NCBI RefSeq assembly: GCF_000155895.1
Contig: NZ_DS995298.1
Location: 1,080,001 to 1,112,000, forward strand
Direction: 5' to 3'
DNA from: Candidatus Pelagibacter sp. HTCC7211
GTDB lineage: Bacteria; Pseudomonadota; Alphaproteobacteria; Pelagibacterales; Pelagibacteraceae
Length of the DNA: 32,000 nt
Shown: in pieces, positions 1 through 9,811 of the stretch
Position numbering within the stretch: position 1 is the first letter of the stretch
How the letters are laid out: each line of letters begins with the position of its first letter
The notes under the pieces: generated by a model
What the model was told of the DNA's origin: nothing
Database searches by the model: none
What the model saw: the letters and a program-made list of their open reading frames with translations, nothing else
Translations under genes and position numbers: made by a program

Positions 1-642
1 TTGCTTATGCCATCTTGCTACTTTTGGAGCACCTTCACATATTAATTCTGCAGATTTATAAGCTTCTTTTTCTACATCTTTATCATTAACAACTCTATTA
101 ACGAGCTTTTTTTCAAAAGCTTCCTCAGCACTAAAAACTCTTCCTTCAAATAAAATTTCCATTGCTGTTGAATAATTTGTTACCTTTAAAAGTACTTCTA
201 ATTCTTTAGCGGCCATTGTTAGTCCTAATCTTTTGATTGGTACACCAAATCTTGAACTTTTACCGCAAATTCTAATATCGCAACAACCTGCTATTTCTAA
301 TCCACCACCTACACAAATTCCTTCAATTAAAGCCACTGTTGGTATTGGGCAATTAAATATTTCACCTAGAGTTCCATGTAAATATTTTCCATAGTCTTTT
401 GCAAGCTTTGATGAAGATCTTTCTTCCTTAAACTCTCCAATGTCATTTCCAGGAGAAAATGATTTTCCACCCTCGCCTCTAATAATAATACATCTTAATT
501 TTTTATTTTTTGATAGTGTTTTAAATACTTTTCCAAGCTGAATCCACATCGGCTTAGTCATTGCGTTTAATTTATCTGGTCTATTTAAAACAACTTCAGC
601 TAAATAAATATTTTTTTGATTTAATTTAATTAGTTTACTCAT
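1..642 (-). CDS. Enoyl-CoA hydratase/isomerase (crotonase) family protein, N-terminal 214 aa only (runs off left edge)
   Basis: Not in the ORF track because there is no stop in the window. Hand translation of the reverse strand from ATG 642-640 gives MSKLIKLNQKNIYLAEVVLNRPDKLNAM. Positions 360-241 read IFNCPIPTVALIEGICVGGGLEIAGCCDIRICGKSSRFGV, a crotonase oxyanion-hole signature. The frame stays open to base 1. The ATG abuts the dctM stop (643-645). Confidence 0.8.
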   Translation of the reverse strand, partial: MSKLIKLNQKNIYLAEVVLNRPDKLNAMTKPMWIQLGKVFKTLSKNKKLRCIIIRGEGGKSFSPGNDIGEFKEERSSSKLAKDYGKYLHGTLGEIFNCPIPTVALIEGICVGGGLEIAGCCDIRICGKSSRFGVPIKRLGLTMAAKELEVLLKVTNYSTAMEILFEGRVFSAEEAFEKKLVNRVVNDKDVEKEAYKSAELICEGAPKVARWHKQ

Positions 643-1926
643 TTAACTCCTATAAAAGTATTCAACTAATGTCATTGGAATGGCTGGAACATAAGTTACC
701 AACATTAACAATATCAATAATACACAAATAAATGAGAGATTTTCTCTTGTTACATCCCAAATATCAGCTTTAGCAACTGAACATGCGGTGACCAATACAC
801 TTGCTACAGGAGGTGTTTGTTGTCCAATAGCTAAATTCAAAGTAACTATTATTCCAAAATGAACTGGATCTATTCCAACTGCATTTACCAAAGGCATTAC
901 TATTGGAACAGTAAGTATTATTGCTGCCACTGAGTGTAAAAAGAAACCAATAATTAATAAAAATACATTTAGTATAGCTAAAACTGCATATTTATTATTT
1001 GTAAAATCAATAATTGATGCTGCAACTTTTTGTGGAATTTGTTCAATTGTTAAAAATTCACCTAATAAAACTGAAGCCGCAACTAATAACATCACTGATG
1101 CTGTTTGAATTGCTCCTTCTGTAGCTGATTCGTATAATCTTTTGAAATCAATTTCTCTATAAATAAATCCAATAACTAGTGAGGCAACAACTGCTAGACC
1201 GGCACCTTCAGTAGCTGTTACAACACCACCAAAAATTCCACCCAAAATTATTACAGGTAGTAAAAATGCTAATGCTGCATCCTTTGCAGTTTTTTTAACA
1301 TTTGGAATATTAAATGTTTCCTCAACAGGAAAGTTTTTACGTCTTGCAGTAATATATGCTGCTAACATTAAAAAGAAACCTCCAATTACACCTGGAATAA
1401 TTCCAGCTACAAACAATTGTACAACAGAACTTTGAGACATTACTGCATAAACAATCATAGGTATTGATGGTGGAATAATTATTGCTAAAGAAGCTGATGA
1501 TGATGTTACTGCTGCAGCAAATGCACCCGGATATCCTTTTTTCTTCATTGCAGGTATAAGTATTGAGCCTAATGCAGCAACATCGGCAACAGCAGAACCT
1601 GAAATCTCTGCAAAAAACATTGATGTAGCAATATTAATCATACTTAAGCCACCTTTAATAAATCCTACTAAAGCTGAGGCAAATGCAATTAATCTCCTAG
1701 AAATTCCAGCACTATTCATTATTGAGCCTGCAAGAATAAACAAAGGTATTGCGATTAATGGAAATTTCATTGATCCATCAAATAAAACAATAGCTGTATC
1801 TATTAAAAAACTTGTTCCTGTTTTCAAAACCATTGCAACAATTGTTGTGACTGCAAGACCGATAGCAATAGGAACATTTATTGAAAGAAGGAAAAGTAGA
1901 ACTGCAAACATTGTTAATATTATCAT
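643..1926 (-). CDS. dctM: TRAP transporter large permease subunit (DctM family)
   Basis: 427-aa polytopic membrane ORF with DctM-like blocks (LAGSIMNSAGISRRLI, IIPPSIPMIVYA). Its start overlaps the upstream dctQ stop by 1 nt (TAATG). Confidence 0.9.
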   Translation of the reverse strand: MIILTMFAVLLFLLSINVPIAIGLAVTTIVAMVLKTGTSFLIDTAIVLFDGSMKFPLIAIPLFILAGSIMNSAGISRRLIAFASALVGFIKGGLSMINIATSMFFAEISGSAVADVAALGSILIPAMKKKGYPGAFAAAVTSSSASLAIIIPPSIPMIVYAVMSQSSVVQLFVAGIIPGVIGGFFLMLAAYITARRKNFPVEETFNIPNVKKTAKDAALAFLLPVIILGGIFGGVVTATEGAGLAVVASLVIGFIYREIDFKRLYESATEGAIQTASVMLLVAASVLLGEFLTIEQIPQKVAASIIDFTNNKYAVLAILNVFLLIIGFFLHSVAAIILTVPIVMPLVNAVGIDPVHFGIIVTLNLAIGQQTPPVASVLVTACSVAKADIWDVTRENLSFICVLLILLMLVTYVPAIPMTLVEYFYRS

Positions 1927-2435
1927 TAAATATCTCCTGTTTGCTCAACACCCGATGTTTGCAAAACTAAATTTCTATAATCTTCTGGTATTCTTAAAGT
2001 TTCAGATAAAATAAATAAACAAGATGCAATTGGTATTACTGATTGAACAAATGTTTGGGGCACCCACTCAAGTGTTACTAATGTTTCGCCTGTTATTAAT
2101 GTCAAAACTAAATAACCGTAATATGCCAACAAAATTAAAAAACCATAAACCACTAATTTAGATAAAACAAAAAATATTTTTCTTAATGATAGTGGAAAGG
2201 CTTTAAAAATACTTGGAACACTTATATGAGCTCCTTTTAAAGATGCATATGCTGAACCATAATATGTTATCCATGCAAGTTGAACTGCAGCAACTTCGTC
2301 ATACCAAACTAATGCACTACCTGCAAAACGAAAAGATACACCTAATAAAACTGTTACTGCAAGTGCCACCATCATGACAAACAATATTAGTTTTAAAAAT
2401 TTTTCGTAACTATTTATAAATTTTTGTAATGTCAT
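1926..2435 (-). CDS. dctQ: TRAP transporter small permease subunit (DctQ family)
   Basis: 169-aa ORF with about 4 hydrophobic helices, located between the binding-protein and large-permease genes as in canonical TRAP operons. Confidence 0.85.
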   Translation of the reverse strand: MTLQKFINSYEKFLKLILFVMMVALAVTVLLGVSFRFAGSALVWYDEVAAVQLAWITYYGSAYASLKGAHISVPSIFKAFPLSLRKIFFVLSKLVVYGFLILLAYYGYLVLTLITGETLVTLEWVPQTFVQSVIPIASCLFILSETLRIPEDYRNLVLQTSGVEQTGDI

Positions 2436-2443
2436 ATTTCATT

Positions 2444-2466
2444 CAGGCCCTCAGAATGAGGGCCTG
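2444..2466 (-). promoter_or_regulatory. Intercistronic GC-rich stem-loop between dctP and dctQ (perfect 10-bp stem, 3-nt loop)
   Basis: CAGGCCCTCA-gaa-TGAGGGCCTG read directly from the sequence. It lies in the 54-nt dctP-dctQ spacer. There is no U-tract after it on the minus strand, so it is more likely an mRNA stabiliser, processing site or partial attenuator than a full terminator. Confidence 0.6.
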
Positions 2467-2489
2467 ATAAAAATTATTTTTGAATTATA

Positions 2490-3464
2490 TTAATTTGCTA
2501 GTGAAGAAACTTTATCAACTAACGCACCACCAGTTGGTACCTCTGATGCAAATTGATCGTATATTCCTTTACTTGCTTTTATAAAAGCATCCTTATCAGC
2601 TTCGTTAACTTGAACACCTGCTGACTTAATTACTCCTAACAAAGATTTTTCAAGTTTAGCCGCTTCTTCATAAACAAATTTTTGTGTATCTTGTGCAGCT
2701 TGTTCTAAAATACTTTGTACATCTGCAGGTAATTTACTCCAATGATCTTTATGTACTGTTACATAAGCAGGAGTGTAAACGTGACCTGTGATTGATAAAT
2801 ATTTTTGAACTTCTTGAAATTTAGCACTAGCTATTTGCGCATATGGGTTTTCCTGACCATCCATAGTTCCAGTTTTCAATGCTGTAAAAACTTCTGAAAA
2901 AGACATAGGTGTAGGGTTAGCTCCATATGATTGGAACATTTTAACTCTCCATTTTGATTTAGGAGTTCTTAACTTAATTCCTTTCAAATCATTTGGAGTG
3001 TTTATTGGTCTAGTGTTATTGGTGATGTGTCTAAAACCATTTTCCCATACAGCAATAACTTTATATCCAGTTTTATCCTCAAGATTTTTAAACATCCCTG
3101 GTAAAACTTGACTTTCAACCTTATTCATATGACTTCTATTTTTAATAATAAAAGGCATATCAAATACACCAAATTCATCATGAATTGATGCCATTACTGA
3201 TGATGGTAACCACATATTTACTGTACCTAATTTAAGTTTTTGCATACCTTGTTTATCTTTTCCAAGTTGCGAAGAACCAAATACTGATACTTTACCTTTG
3301 CTACCTAATCTTTCATTAGCAAGTTTAGCAAAATGATCAACTGATGCTGAAAATAGTGAACCAGGTTTTCCTACGTGTCCAAATTTAACCTCTGTTGAGT
3401 TAACTGCGAAACTTAAAAATAAAGATGAAAACAAAACAACTAATATTTTGCTAAATTTATTCAT
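2490..3464 (-). CDS. dctP: TRAP transporter substrate-binding protein (DctP family)
   Basis: 324 aa with a signal peptide (MNKFSKILVVLFSSLFLSFAVNS). DctP-type blocks include ENGFRHITNN and IKLRTP (the conserved carboxylate-binding Arg region). A GAGGGGA Shine-Dalgarno-like element sits just upstream of the ATG. Confidence 0.9.
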   Translation of the reverse strand: MNKFSKILVVLFSSLFLSFAVNSTEVKFGHVGKPGSLFSASVDHFAKLANERLGSKGKVSVFGSSQLGKDKQGMQKLKLGTVNMWLPSSVMASIHDEFGVFDMPFIIKNRSHMNKVESQVLPGMFKNLEDKTGYKVIAVWENGFRHITNNTRPINTPNDLKGIKLRTPKSKWRVKMFQSYGANPTPMSFSEVFTALKTGTMDGQENPYAQIASAKFQEVQKYLSITGHVYTPAYVTVHKDHWSKLPADVQSILEQAAQDTQKFVYEEAAKLEKSLLGVIKSAGVQVNEADKDAFIKASKGIYDQFASEVPTGGALVDKVSSLAN

Positions 3465-3563
3465 ATTATCCCCTCTATAAAGTTTATTTAATATATAAAA
3501 ACTTACATAAATTATGAACAGATTCCTAGCTTAATAATGATTAAGAATTGAAAAAGATTGCTC

Positions 3564-5942
3564 TTATTGGATGCTTGCTTGTGACTTATCGTCTTTTTTA
3601 GCTATATCAACTTCAACCCATTCTGTAGGCTTAAGATCTTTTGTTAAGGCAATTTTCAGAACTTGATCAGCGTGCTCAACAGGAGAAATTTTAATATCAT
3701 CAGTTATTTTTTTTGGCATATCAACCAAGTCTTTCTCATTTTCTTTTGGAATAAGCACTTCTTTAATTCCAGCTCTATGGGCCGCTAATAATTTTTCTTT
3801 TAATCCACCAATTGGTAAAACTTGGCCTGTTAAAGTAACTTCACCAGTCATAGCAACATCTCTTCTTATTGGAATGTTTGTTATTGAAGAAACAATTGAT
3901 GTAACCATACCAATACCTGCTGATGGACCATCTTTTGGTGTTGCACCCTCAGGAACATGTATGTGAAAGTCTTTCTTTTCAAATAACGGAGGTATAATTC
4001 CATACTCTAAACACTTAGATCTTACAAAAGATTTAGCTGCTTTAACTGACTCTTGCATAACATCTCCAAGTTTTCCGGTGATTTGCATTCTACCTTTACC
4101 CGGCATAGTGACAGTTTCAATTTTTAAAATCTCACCACCATATTCTGTCCACGCTAAACCTGTTACAATGCCAACTCTGTTTTCAGGTTCAAGCTCTCCA
4201 AATTTAAATTTAGCTACACCAAGAAAATCAGATAGGTTTTTATCATTTATATTAACTTCCTTTTCTTCACCAGCTACAACTTTTTTAACGACTTTTCTTG
4301 CTAATTTTGAAATTTCTCTCTCTAAATTTCTAACACCAGATTCTTTTGTATAACCTCTGATAACTTCTTTGATAATATTGTCATCTAATTTCATCTCTTT
4401 GTCTTTAACACCGTTATCTTTTATTTGTTTCGGCAAAAGATACTTATTGGCAATACTTATTTTTTCATCCTCTGTGTAACCAGCTAATCTTATAACTTCC
4501 ATTCTATCTAAAAGTGGCGGAAGAATATTTAGAGTGTTTGCAGTTGTTACAAACATTACATCTGAAAGATCATAATCTACTTCTAAGTAATGATCGTTGA
4601 AAGTTGTATTTTGTTCTGGGTCTAATGCTTCTAATAAAGCGGAAGATGGATCGCCTCTATAATCATTACCAATTTTGTCAATTTCATCGAGTAAAATTAA
4701 AGGATTTTTAGTACCCGCTTTTTTCATCATTTGAATTATTTTGCCAGGTAAAGATCCAATGTAGGTTCTTCTATGACCTCTTATCTCAGCTTCATCTCTC
4801 ATTCCTCCTACTGACATTCTAACAAACTCTCTGTTAGTAGCTTTAGCAATAGATTTACCTAAAGAAGTTTTTCCTACTCCTGGAGGACCAACTAAACATA
4901 GTATTGGGCCTTTAATTTTATCCATTCTTTTTTGAACTGCTAAAAATTCAATAATTCTTTCTTTAACTTTTTCTAAACCAAAGTGATCAGTATCAAGAAT
5001 ATTTAAAGCTTTAGTTAGATCGATATCTACTTCACTTTTTTTGTGCCAAGGAAGTTCTGTCATCCAGTCTAAATAATTTCTCACAACTGTAGCCTCCGCA
5101 GACATAGGACTCATATTTTTTAATTTCTTTAATTCTTGTAAACATTTTTTTTCAACTTCTTTTGGCATTTTAGCTTTTGTAATAGCTTTATTGAGACTTG
5201 AAGTTTCATCCTTACCATCTTCAATTTCACCTAATTCTTTTTGAATAGCTTTTAATTGTTCATTTAAATAATATTCTCTTTGAGTTTTCTCCATCTGAGT
5301 CTTAACTCTACCTCTTATTCTTTTTTCAACACCAATAATGCTAGTTTCATTTTCCATTATTTTAATTATGGCATTCAATCTTTTCTTTACATCAACTGTT
5401 TCAAAAATTTGTTGTTTTTCAGAAATTGTAGCATTTATGTGTGATGCTATGTTGTCAGCAATTTGAGATGGATCTTTTAATTGTTTGATTGTGTTAATAG
5501 TTTCACTTGAAACTTTTTTGTTAATAGAAGTCAGTTTTTCTAATCTTCTTAGAGCTGTTACAGCTAATGGATATAAATCCTCATCCTTTGAAACTACGTC
5601 ATTGTAATGTGAATAATCACAAGTAATAAACTTATCATTATCTTTAAAATCTAAGATTTTTATTCTTTTAATACCTTCTACTAAAACTTTAACTGTTCCG
5701 TCTGGTAATTTTAATAGTTGAAGTATGTTACCTTCACAACCGTACATAAAAATATCAGTTTTTTTAGGGTCATCAATTTCGGAATTTTTTTGAGTAACAA
5801 GAATAATCTTTTTATCCTTTTTCATTACTTCATTTAAAGCAGAGATAGATTTATCACGACCAACAAATAAAGGAATGACCATACTTGGAAATACAACAAT
5901 ATCTCTGAGAGGCAATAAAGGTAATGTTATTTTGACGTCCAT
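3564..5942 (-). CDS. lon: ATP-dependent Lon protease
   Basis: 792 aa with an N-terminal LON domain (PLLPLRDIVVFP), Walker A GPPGVGKTS and the catalytic-Ser context PKDGPSAGIG. Confidence 0.97.
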   Translation of the reverse strand: MDVKITLPLLPLRDIVVFPSMVIPLFVGRDKSISALNEVMKKDKKIILVTQKNSEIDDPKKTDIFMYGCEGNILQLLKLPDGTVKVLVEGIKRIKILDFKDNDKFITCDYSHYNDVVSKDEDLYPLAVTALRRLEKLTSINKKVSSETINTIKQLKDPSQIADNIASHINATISEKQQIFETVDVKKRLNAIIKIMENETSIIGVEKRIRGRVKTQMEKTQREYYLNEQLKAIQKELGEIEDGKDETSSLNKAITKAKMPKEVEKKCLQELKKLKNMSPMSAEATVVRNYLDWMTELPWHKKSEVDIDLTKALNILDTDHFGLEKVKERIIEFLAVQKRMDKIKGPILCLVGPPGVGKTSLGKSIAKATNREFVRMSVGGMRDEAEIRGHRRTYIGSLPGKIIQMMKKAGTKNPLILLDEIDKIGNDYRGDPSSALLEALDPEQNTTFNDHYLEVDYDLSDVMFVTTANTLNILPPLLDRMEVIRLAGYTEDEKISIANKYLLPKQIKDNGVKDKEMKLDDNIIKEVIRGYTKESGVRNLEREISKLARKVVKKVVAGEEKEVNINDKNLSDFLGVAKFKFGELEPENRVGIVTGLAWTEYGGEILKIETVTMPGKGRMQITGKLGDVMQESVKAAKSFVRSKCLEYGIIPPLFEKKDFHIHVPEGATPKDGPSAGIGMVTSIVSSITNIPIRRDVAMTGEVTLTGQVLPIGGLKEKLLAAHRAGIKEVLIPKENEKDLVDMPKKITDDIKISPVEHADQVLKIALTKDLKPTEWVEVDIAKKDDKSQASIQ

Positions 5943-6002
5943 AGGAATAATATGGATATTATATTTTATATTGCAATAGGTTTTTATTACTTATTAAGGA
6001 TA

Positions 6003-7271
6003 TTAAGCCGCTGATGGTTTGTTTGACTTTGATTTATTGTCACCTTTAGCATGAACTAAAATAGGTTGAGATTGTCCTCTAGCTGCTCCTGCGTCAACTA
6101 TTACTTCTTCAACATTATCTTGACTTGGCAAGTCGTACATTGTTTTTAATAATATATTTTCCAAGATAGATCTTAAACCTCTTGCGCCTGTTTTTTTACT
6201 AATCGCTTTTTGTGCAATTTCTTTTAGTGCATTTTCTTTAAATGTTAGTTTTGCACCATCCAATTTAAAAAGTTCTTGATATTGTTTTGTTAGTGAATTC
6301 TTTGGTTCTTGAAGAATCTTTATTAATGATTTTTCATCCAAATCCTCAAGTGTTGCAATCATGGGTAGTCTTCCAATAAATTCAGGTATTAGACCAAATT
6401 TCAATAAATCTTCTGGCTCAAGAGTTTTCATCCATTCACCAGTCTTTTTATCTTGAGTATTTTTAACATCTGCGCCAAAACCTATTGATGTACCCTTGTC
6501 TCTCTGAGAGATAATTTTATCAAGTCCGGCAAAAGCTCCTCCGCAAATAAATAATATGTTTGTTGTATCAACTTGTAAAAATTCTTGTTGAGGATGTTTT
6601 CTTCCTCCCTGAGGTGGAACGCTTGCTACTGTTCCTTCCATAATTTTTAACAAAGCTTGTTGAACACCTTCACCAGAAACATCTCTTGTAATTGAAGGAT
6701 TTTCAGATTTTCTACTAATCTTGTCTACTTCATCAATATATACAATTCCTCTTTGTGCTTTTTCAACATTGTAATCAGAAGCTTGTAAAAGTTTTAAAAT
6801 AATATTTTCAACATCTTCACCAACATAACCTGCCTCTGTTAAAGTGGTAGCATCAGCCATTGTGAAAGGAACATCTAAAATTCTTGCTAATGTCTGAGCT
6901 AACAAAGTTTTACCACATCCTGTTGGTCCTACTAATAGAATATTAGATTTTGCAAGTTCAACATTTTTACTAGTTTTATTCTCATAGTTTAATCTTTTAT
7001 AGTGATTGTGAACTGCTACAGATAAAACTTTCTTAGCATGCGGTTGACCTATTACATAATCATCTAAAACAGAACATATTTCTTTTGGTGACGGAAGTCC
7101 GTCTTGATGCTTTACAAACGTATCTTTGTTTTCTTCTTTAATAATATCCATACATAGTTCAACACATTCATCACAAATAAATACTGTAGGCCCAGCAATT
7201 AATTTTCTAACTTCGTGTTGGCTCTTTCCACAAAAAGAACAGTAAAGAATATTTTTATTATTTGTTGTCAT
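6003..7271 (-). CDS. clpX: ATP-dependent Clp protease ATP-binding subunit ClpX
   Basis: 422 aa with an N-terminal zinc-binding module (CSFCGKS...CDEC) and Walker A GPTGCGKT. It follows clpP in the conserved order. Confidence 0.97.
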   Translation of the reverse strand: MTTNNKNILYCSFCGKSQHEVRKLIAGPTVFICDECVELCMDIIKEENKDTFVKHQDGLPSPKEICSVLDDYVIGQPHAKKVLSVAVHNHYKRLNYENKTSKNVELAKSNILLVGPTGCGKTLLAQTLARILDVPFTMADATTLTEAGYVGEDVENIILKLLQASDYNVEKAQRGIVYIDEVDKISRKSENPSITRDVSGEGVQQALLKIMEGTVASVPPQGGRKHPQQEFLQVDTTNILFICGGAFAGLDKIISQRDKGTSIGFGADVKNTQDKKTGEWMKTLEPEDLLKFGLIPEFIGRLPMIATLEDLDEKSLIKILQEPKNSLTKQYQELFKLDGAKLTFKENALKEIAQKAISKKTGARGLRSILENILLKTMYDLPSQDNVEEVIVDAGAARGQSQPILVHAKGDNKSKSNKPSAA

Positions 7272-7360
7272 AAAATTTATTTCGAATCAATTATCTTACT
7301 TTATTATATAAGACTCCAACTAATCAAGTTTGGATTATCAGATATTCTATATATGGTGTA

Positions 7361-7972
7361 TTAAGATCTTTTTTCTACAACTTCGTCTATAAGACCAAAA
7401 TCTTTTGCAACATCAGCTGTCATAAAATTATCTCTCTCTAAAGCAGCCTTAACTTCATCTACAGATTTGCCTGTATGTTTAGAATAGATTTCATTTAATC
7501 TTTTTTTCAGTGATGAGACTTCATTTGCATGAATTTCAATATCAGTTACTTGTCCTTGAAAACCTGCAGAGGGTTGATGTACCATAACTCTTGAATTTGG
7601 GAGAGAAAATCTTTTTCCTTTTGTGCCAGCAGCAAGTAAAAATGATCCCATTGAAGCTGCTTGGCCAATACACAAAGTTGAAATGTCAGGTTTAACATAT
7701 TGCATAGTGTCATAAATACCAAGACCAGCAGTAACCAAACCGCCAGGGCTATTGATGTACAAGTAAATTTCTTTTTTAGGATCTTCAGCCTCTAGAAATA
7801 ATAATTGAGCAGTAACTAGTGATGCTACATTGTCATTTATTTGACCAGTTAAAAAAATAATTCTCTCTTTTAAAAGTCTTGAATAAATATCATAAGCTCT
7901 TTCACCTTTATTTGATTGCTCTACTACCATTGGAACTAATGTATTCATATGTTCAGATAATTTAGTTGTCAT
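7361..7972 (-). CDS. clpP: ATP-dependent Clp protease proteolytic subunit ClpP
   Basis: 203 aa with the catalytic Ser context GQAASMGS and the His context VMVHQP. Confidence 0.97.
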   Translation of the reverse strand: MTTKLSEHMNTLVPMVVEQSNKGERAYDIYSRLLKERIIFLTGQINDNVASLVTAQLLFLEAEDPKKEIYLYINSPGGLVTAGLGIYDTMQYVKPDISTLCIGQAASMGSFLLAAGTKGKRFSLPNSRVMVHQPSAGFQGQVTDIEIHANEVSSLKKRLNEIYSKHTGKSVDEVKAALERDNFMTADVAKDFGLIDEVVEKRS

Positions 7973-8004
7973 AAGTTGATTCGTATTACTTATACAACTT
8001 GAGA

Positions 8005-9438
8005 TTACTTTTTGCTAACTTTTTTTGCTACAGGCTTAGATTTAGATGATTTTGCTGATGGTTTTTTTTTCTCATCAGATTCTGGTTTGGCTTCTTTTTT
8101 TGTTTCTTTTTTCTCATCCATTGCTTCTGTATCATGATTGTGATCATGATTATGAGCTTCTTTTAAAATTTTTTCAGCTTCAGCTTTAGATATTTCTTTT
8201 TTATTGGGTTTAGCTTTTTCTTTAATTAAATTTAAAATCTTTTCTTCATAAACAGTTCCTCTCAAGCTAGCTACAGCTGAAGGATTTTTTTGATAAAAAT
8301 CCATTACCATTTTTTCTTGTCCAGGCATCATTCTTAATTGTTTCTGAACTTCAGCCTGAATTTCTTGTTCAGATACTTGAATTTTATTTTGTTCACCAAA
8401 TTCGTTTAAAATTAATCCAGTTTTAATTCTTGTTTTAGCTGTTTCAGTAAATTTAGCTTTATTCTTTTTAGCTTCATCTTCAGACATTCCTTGTGAAAGA
8501 ATTTTGATCTCTCCTTCAATTAAATTTTCTGGAATTTCATCAATTTTAATTTTCTCTATTTCCTTAAGAATTTGATTTTTAGCTAACTGATCTAAAGAAT
8601 TTTTATATTCATCATTAATTTGTTTTGAAATTAATGTCTTTAGATCATTTAAATCTTTAGCACCTAAGTTTTTTGCAAAATCATCATTAATTTTTACATC
8701 TTCAGGATTTTTAACATTTAAAATTTTACAAACAAATTTAGCTTTTTTATTTACTAATTCTTTTTCAGGAAAATTTTCCGGTAAAGTGGCTTCAACTATT
8801 TTTTCATCATCTTTTTTTGCACCAATTAATTGTTTATCAAAGCCTTTTAGGAATAAGTCTTTTCCTAATGTTAATTGAGTATTTTTACCTTCGCTACCTT
8901 TAAATTCTTTACCATCAATTGTAGCGTTATAATCTAAAGTAACTAAATCACCTTCTTTTGCCTTTGTTTCAGGAGATGCTTCTTTAAAACTTGGTTGATT
9001 TTTTGCAATTTCTTTAATTCTTTTATCTGTCTCACTATCATCGATTTTAACTGAATATTCATCAAATTTAATACTTTCTAATGATTTAGTCTCAACTTTA
9101 GGAAGCTCTGTAACTGACATAACATACTCTAATTCTTTATCTTCACCATAAGTCTTAAGATCAAGCTTAGGTTGACCAGCAGGTTTAATTTTGTTTTCCT
9201 CTAATGCTTTAGCTGAAGTGTCTTTTAGAACTTTATCTAAAACTTCACCAAAGACTGCTTTTCCAAATTGTCTTTTTAAGACTTCTTTTGGAACTTTACC
9301 TGGACGAAATCCTTTTAAGTTGACGGTACTTTTAATCTCTTCATATTTTTCATCCATATGAGAGTTCATCGTTTCTTTGTCTATTAAAACTTTTACGTCT
9401 TTGTTTAAACCTTTTATGTTTTCTATTGTTACCTTCAT
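8005..9438 (-). CDS. tig: Trigger factor, with an unusual His/Lys-rich C-terminal tail
   Basis: 477 aa with the ribosome-binding signature GFRPGKVP near the N-terminus and the tig-clpP-clpX-lon gene order. The last 49 aa are HNHDHNHD followed by a Lys/Glu/Ser-rich tail. Confidence 0.95.
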   Translation of the reverse strand: MKVTIENIKGLNKDVKVLIDKETMNSHMDEKYEEIKSTVNLKGFRPGKVPKEVLKRQFGKAVFGEVLDKVLKDTSAKALEENKIKPAGQPKLDLKTYGEDKELEYVMSVTELPKVETKSLESIKFDEYSVKIDDSETDKRIKEIAKNQPSFKEASPETKAKEGDLVTLDYNATIDGKEFKGSEGKNTQLTLGKDLFLKGFDKQLIGAKKDDEKIVEATLPENFPEKELVNKKAKFVCKILNVKNPEDVKINDDFAKNLGAKDLNDLKTLISKQINDEYKNSLDQLAKNQILKEIEKIKIDEIPENLIEGEIKILSQGMSEDEAKKNKAKFTETAKTRIKTGLILNEFGEQNKIQVSEQEIQAEVQKQLRMMPGQEKMVMDFYQKNPSAVASLRGTVYEEKILNLIKEKAKPNKKEISKAEAEKILKEAHNHDHNHDTEAMDEKKETKKEAKPESDEKKKPSAKSSKSKPVAKKVSKK

Positions 9439-9448
9439 AATTTTTTTT

Positions 9449-9533
9449 TGGTAGGGCGAAAAGGACTCGAACCTTCACATCCGAAAATATTGGTTCCTAA
9501 GACCAACGCGTCTACCAATTCCGCCATCGCCCC
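9449..9533 (-). tRNA. tRNA-Leu (anticodon UAG), class II with long variable arm, CCA encoded
   Basis: The reverse complement reads GGGGCGA-TG-GCG-GAATTGGTAGA-CGC-G-TTGGT-CTTAGGA-ACCAA-(variable arm)-GAAGG-TTCGAGT-CCTTT-TCGCCCT-A-CCA. The acceptor stem pairs with a G1-U72 wobble. The anticodon loop CT-TAG-GA gives UAG. Total length is 85 nt. Confidence 0.9.
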
Positions 9534-9547
9534 ACAAATTACGGGGT

Positions 9548-9575
9548 TTTATATATTATTGAAACTATTTGTCCA
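9548..9575 (-). promoter_or_regulatory. Candidate sigma70-type promoter for tRNA-Leu (and probably tig)
   Basis: The minus strand reads TGGACA-N16-TATAAA followed by ACCCCG, a GC-rich discriminator-like stretch that is conspicuous in this AT-rich DNA. The -10 element ends 14 nt before the mature tRNA 5' end. Confidence 0.35.
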
Positions 9576-9637
9576 ATGACAATTAATAAAAAAATGATAA
9601 TTTTATGCTTTAAAATTCTATAGATCTATTAATTCAA

Positions 9638-9811
9638 ATGAACAAATTAAAAATATTAATAATTACTTATATTTTAGGGGTTATAATTGGAGCACTTTTT
9701 TTTGATGTTTGGGGGGCAAATACTACATTCATCAAAACTATGTCAATATTTTTATGGACTATCATTTTTTTGATAGCTCTTTTTTATGTAGATAAAAATG
9801 AAAAAAAATAA
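9638..9811 (+). CDS. Possible small membrane protein (57 aa), below the ORF-track cutoff
   Basis: Hand translation gives MNKLKILIITYILGVIIGALFFDVWGANTTFIKTMSIFLWTIIFLIALFYVDKNEKK, with two hydrophobic helices. It fills most of an otherwise 264-nt gap in a genome with almost no spacers, and it overlaps the next ORF start by 14 nt. Confidence 0.35.
   Translation: MNKLKILIITYILGVIIGALFFDVWGANTTFIKTMSIFLWTIIFLIALFYVDKNEKK

Noticed and set aside
5974-5998. Sigma32-like heat-shock promoter upstream of lon (minus strand CTTA-N14-CCTATTG)
   Set aside because: The spacer is about 3 nt shorter than the alphaproteobacterial CTTG-N17-CYTATNT consensus as I recall it, and the -35 is imperfect. This is too weak to call in AT-rich DNA.
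7272-7360. Possible stem-loop (TCCAA...TTGGA) in the clpP-clpX spacer as a terminator or attenuator
   Set aside because: It has only a 5-bp stem with a 10-nt loop and no U-tract, which is indistinguishable from chance.
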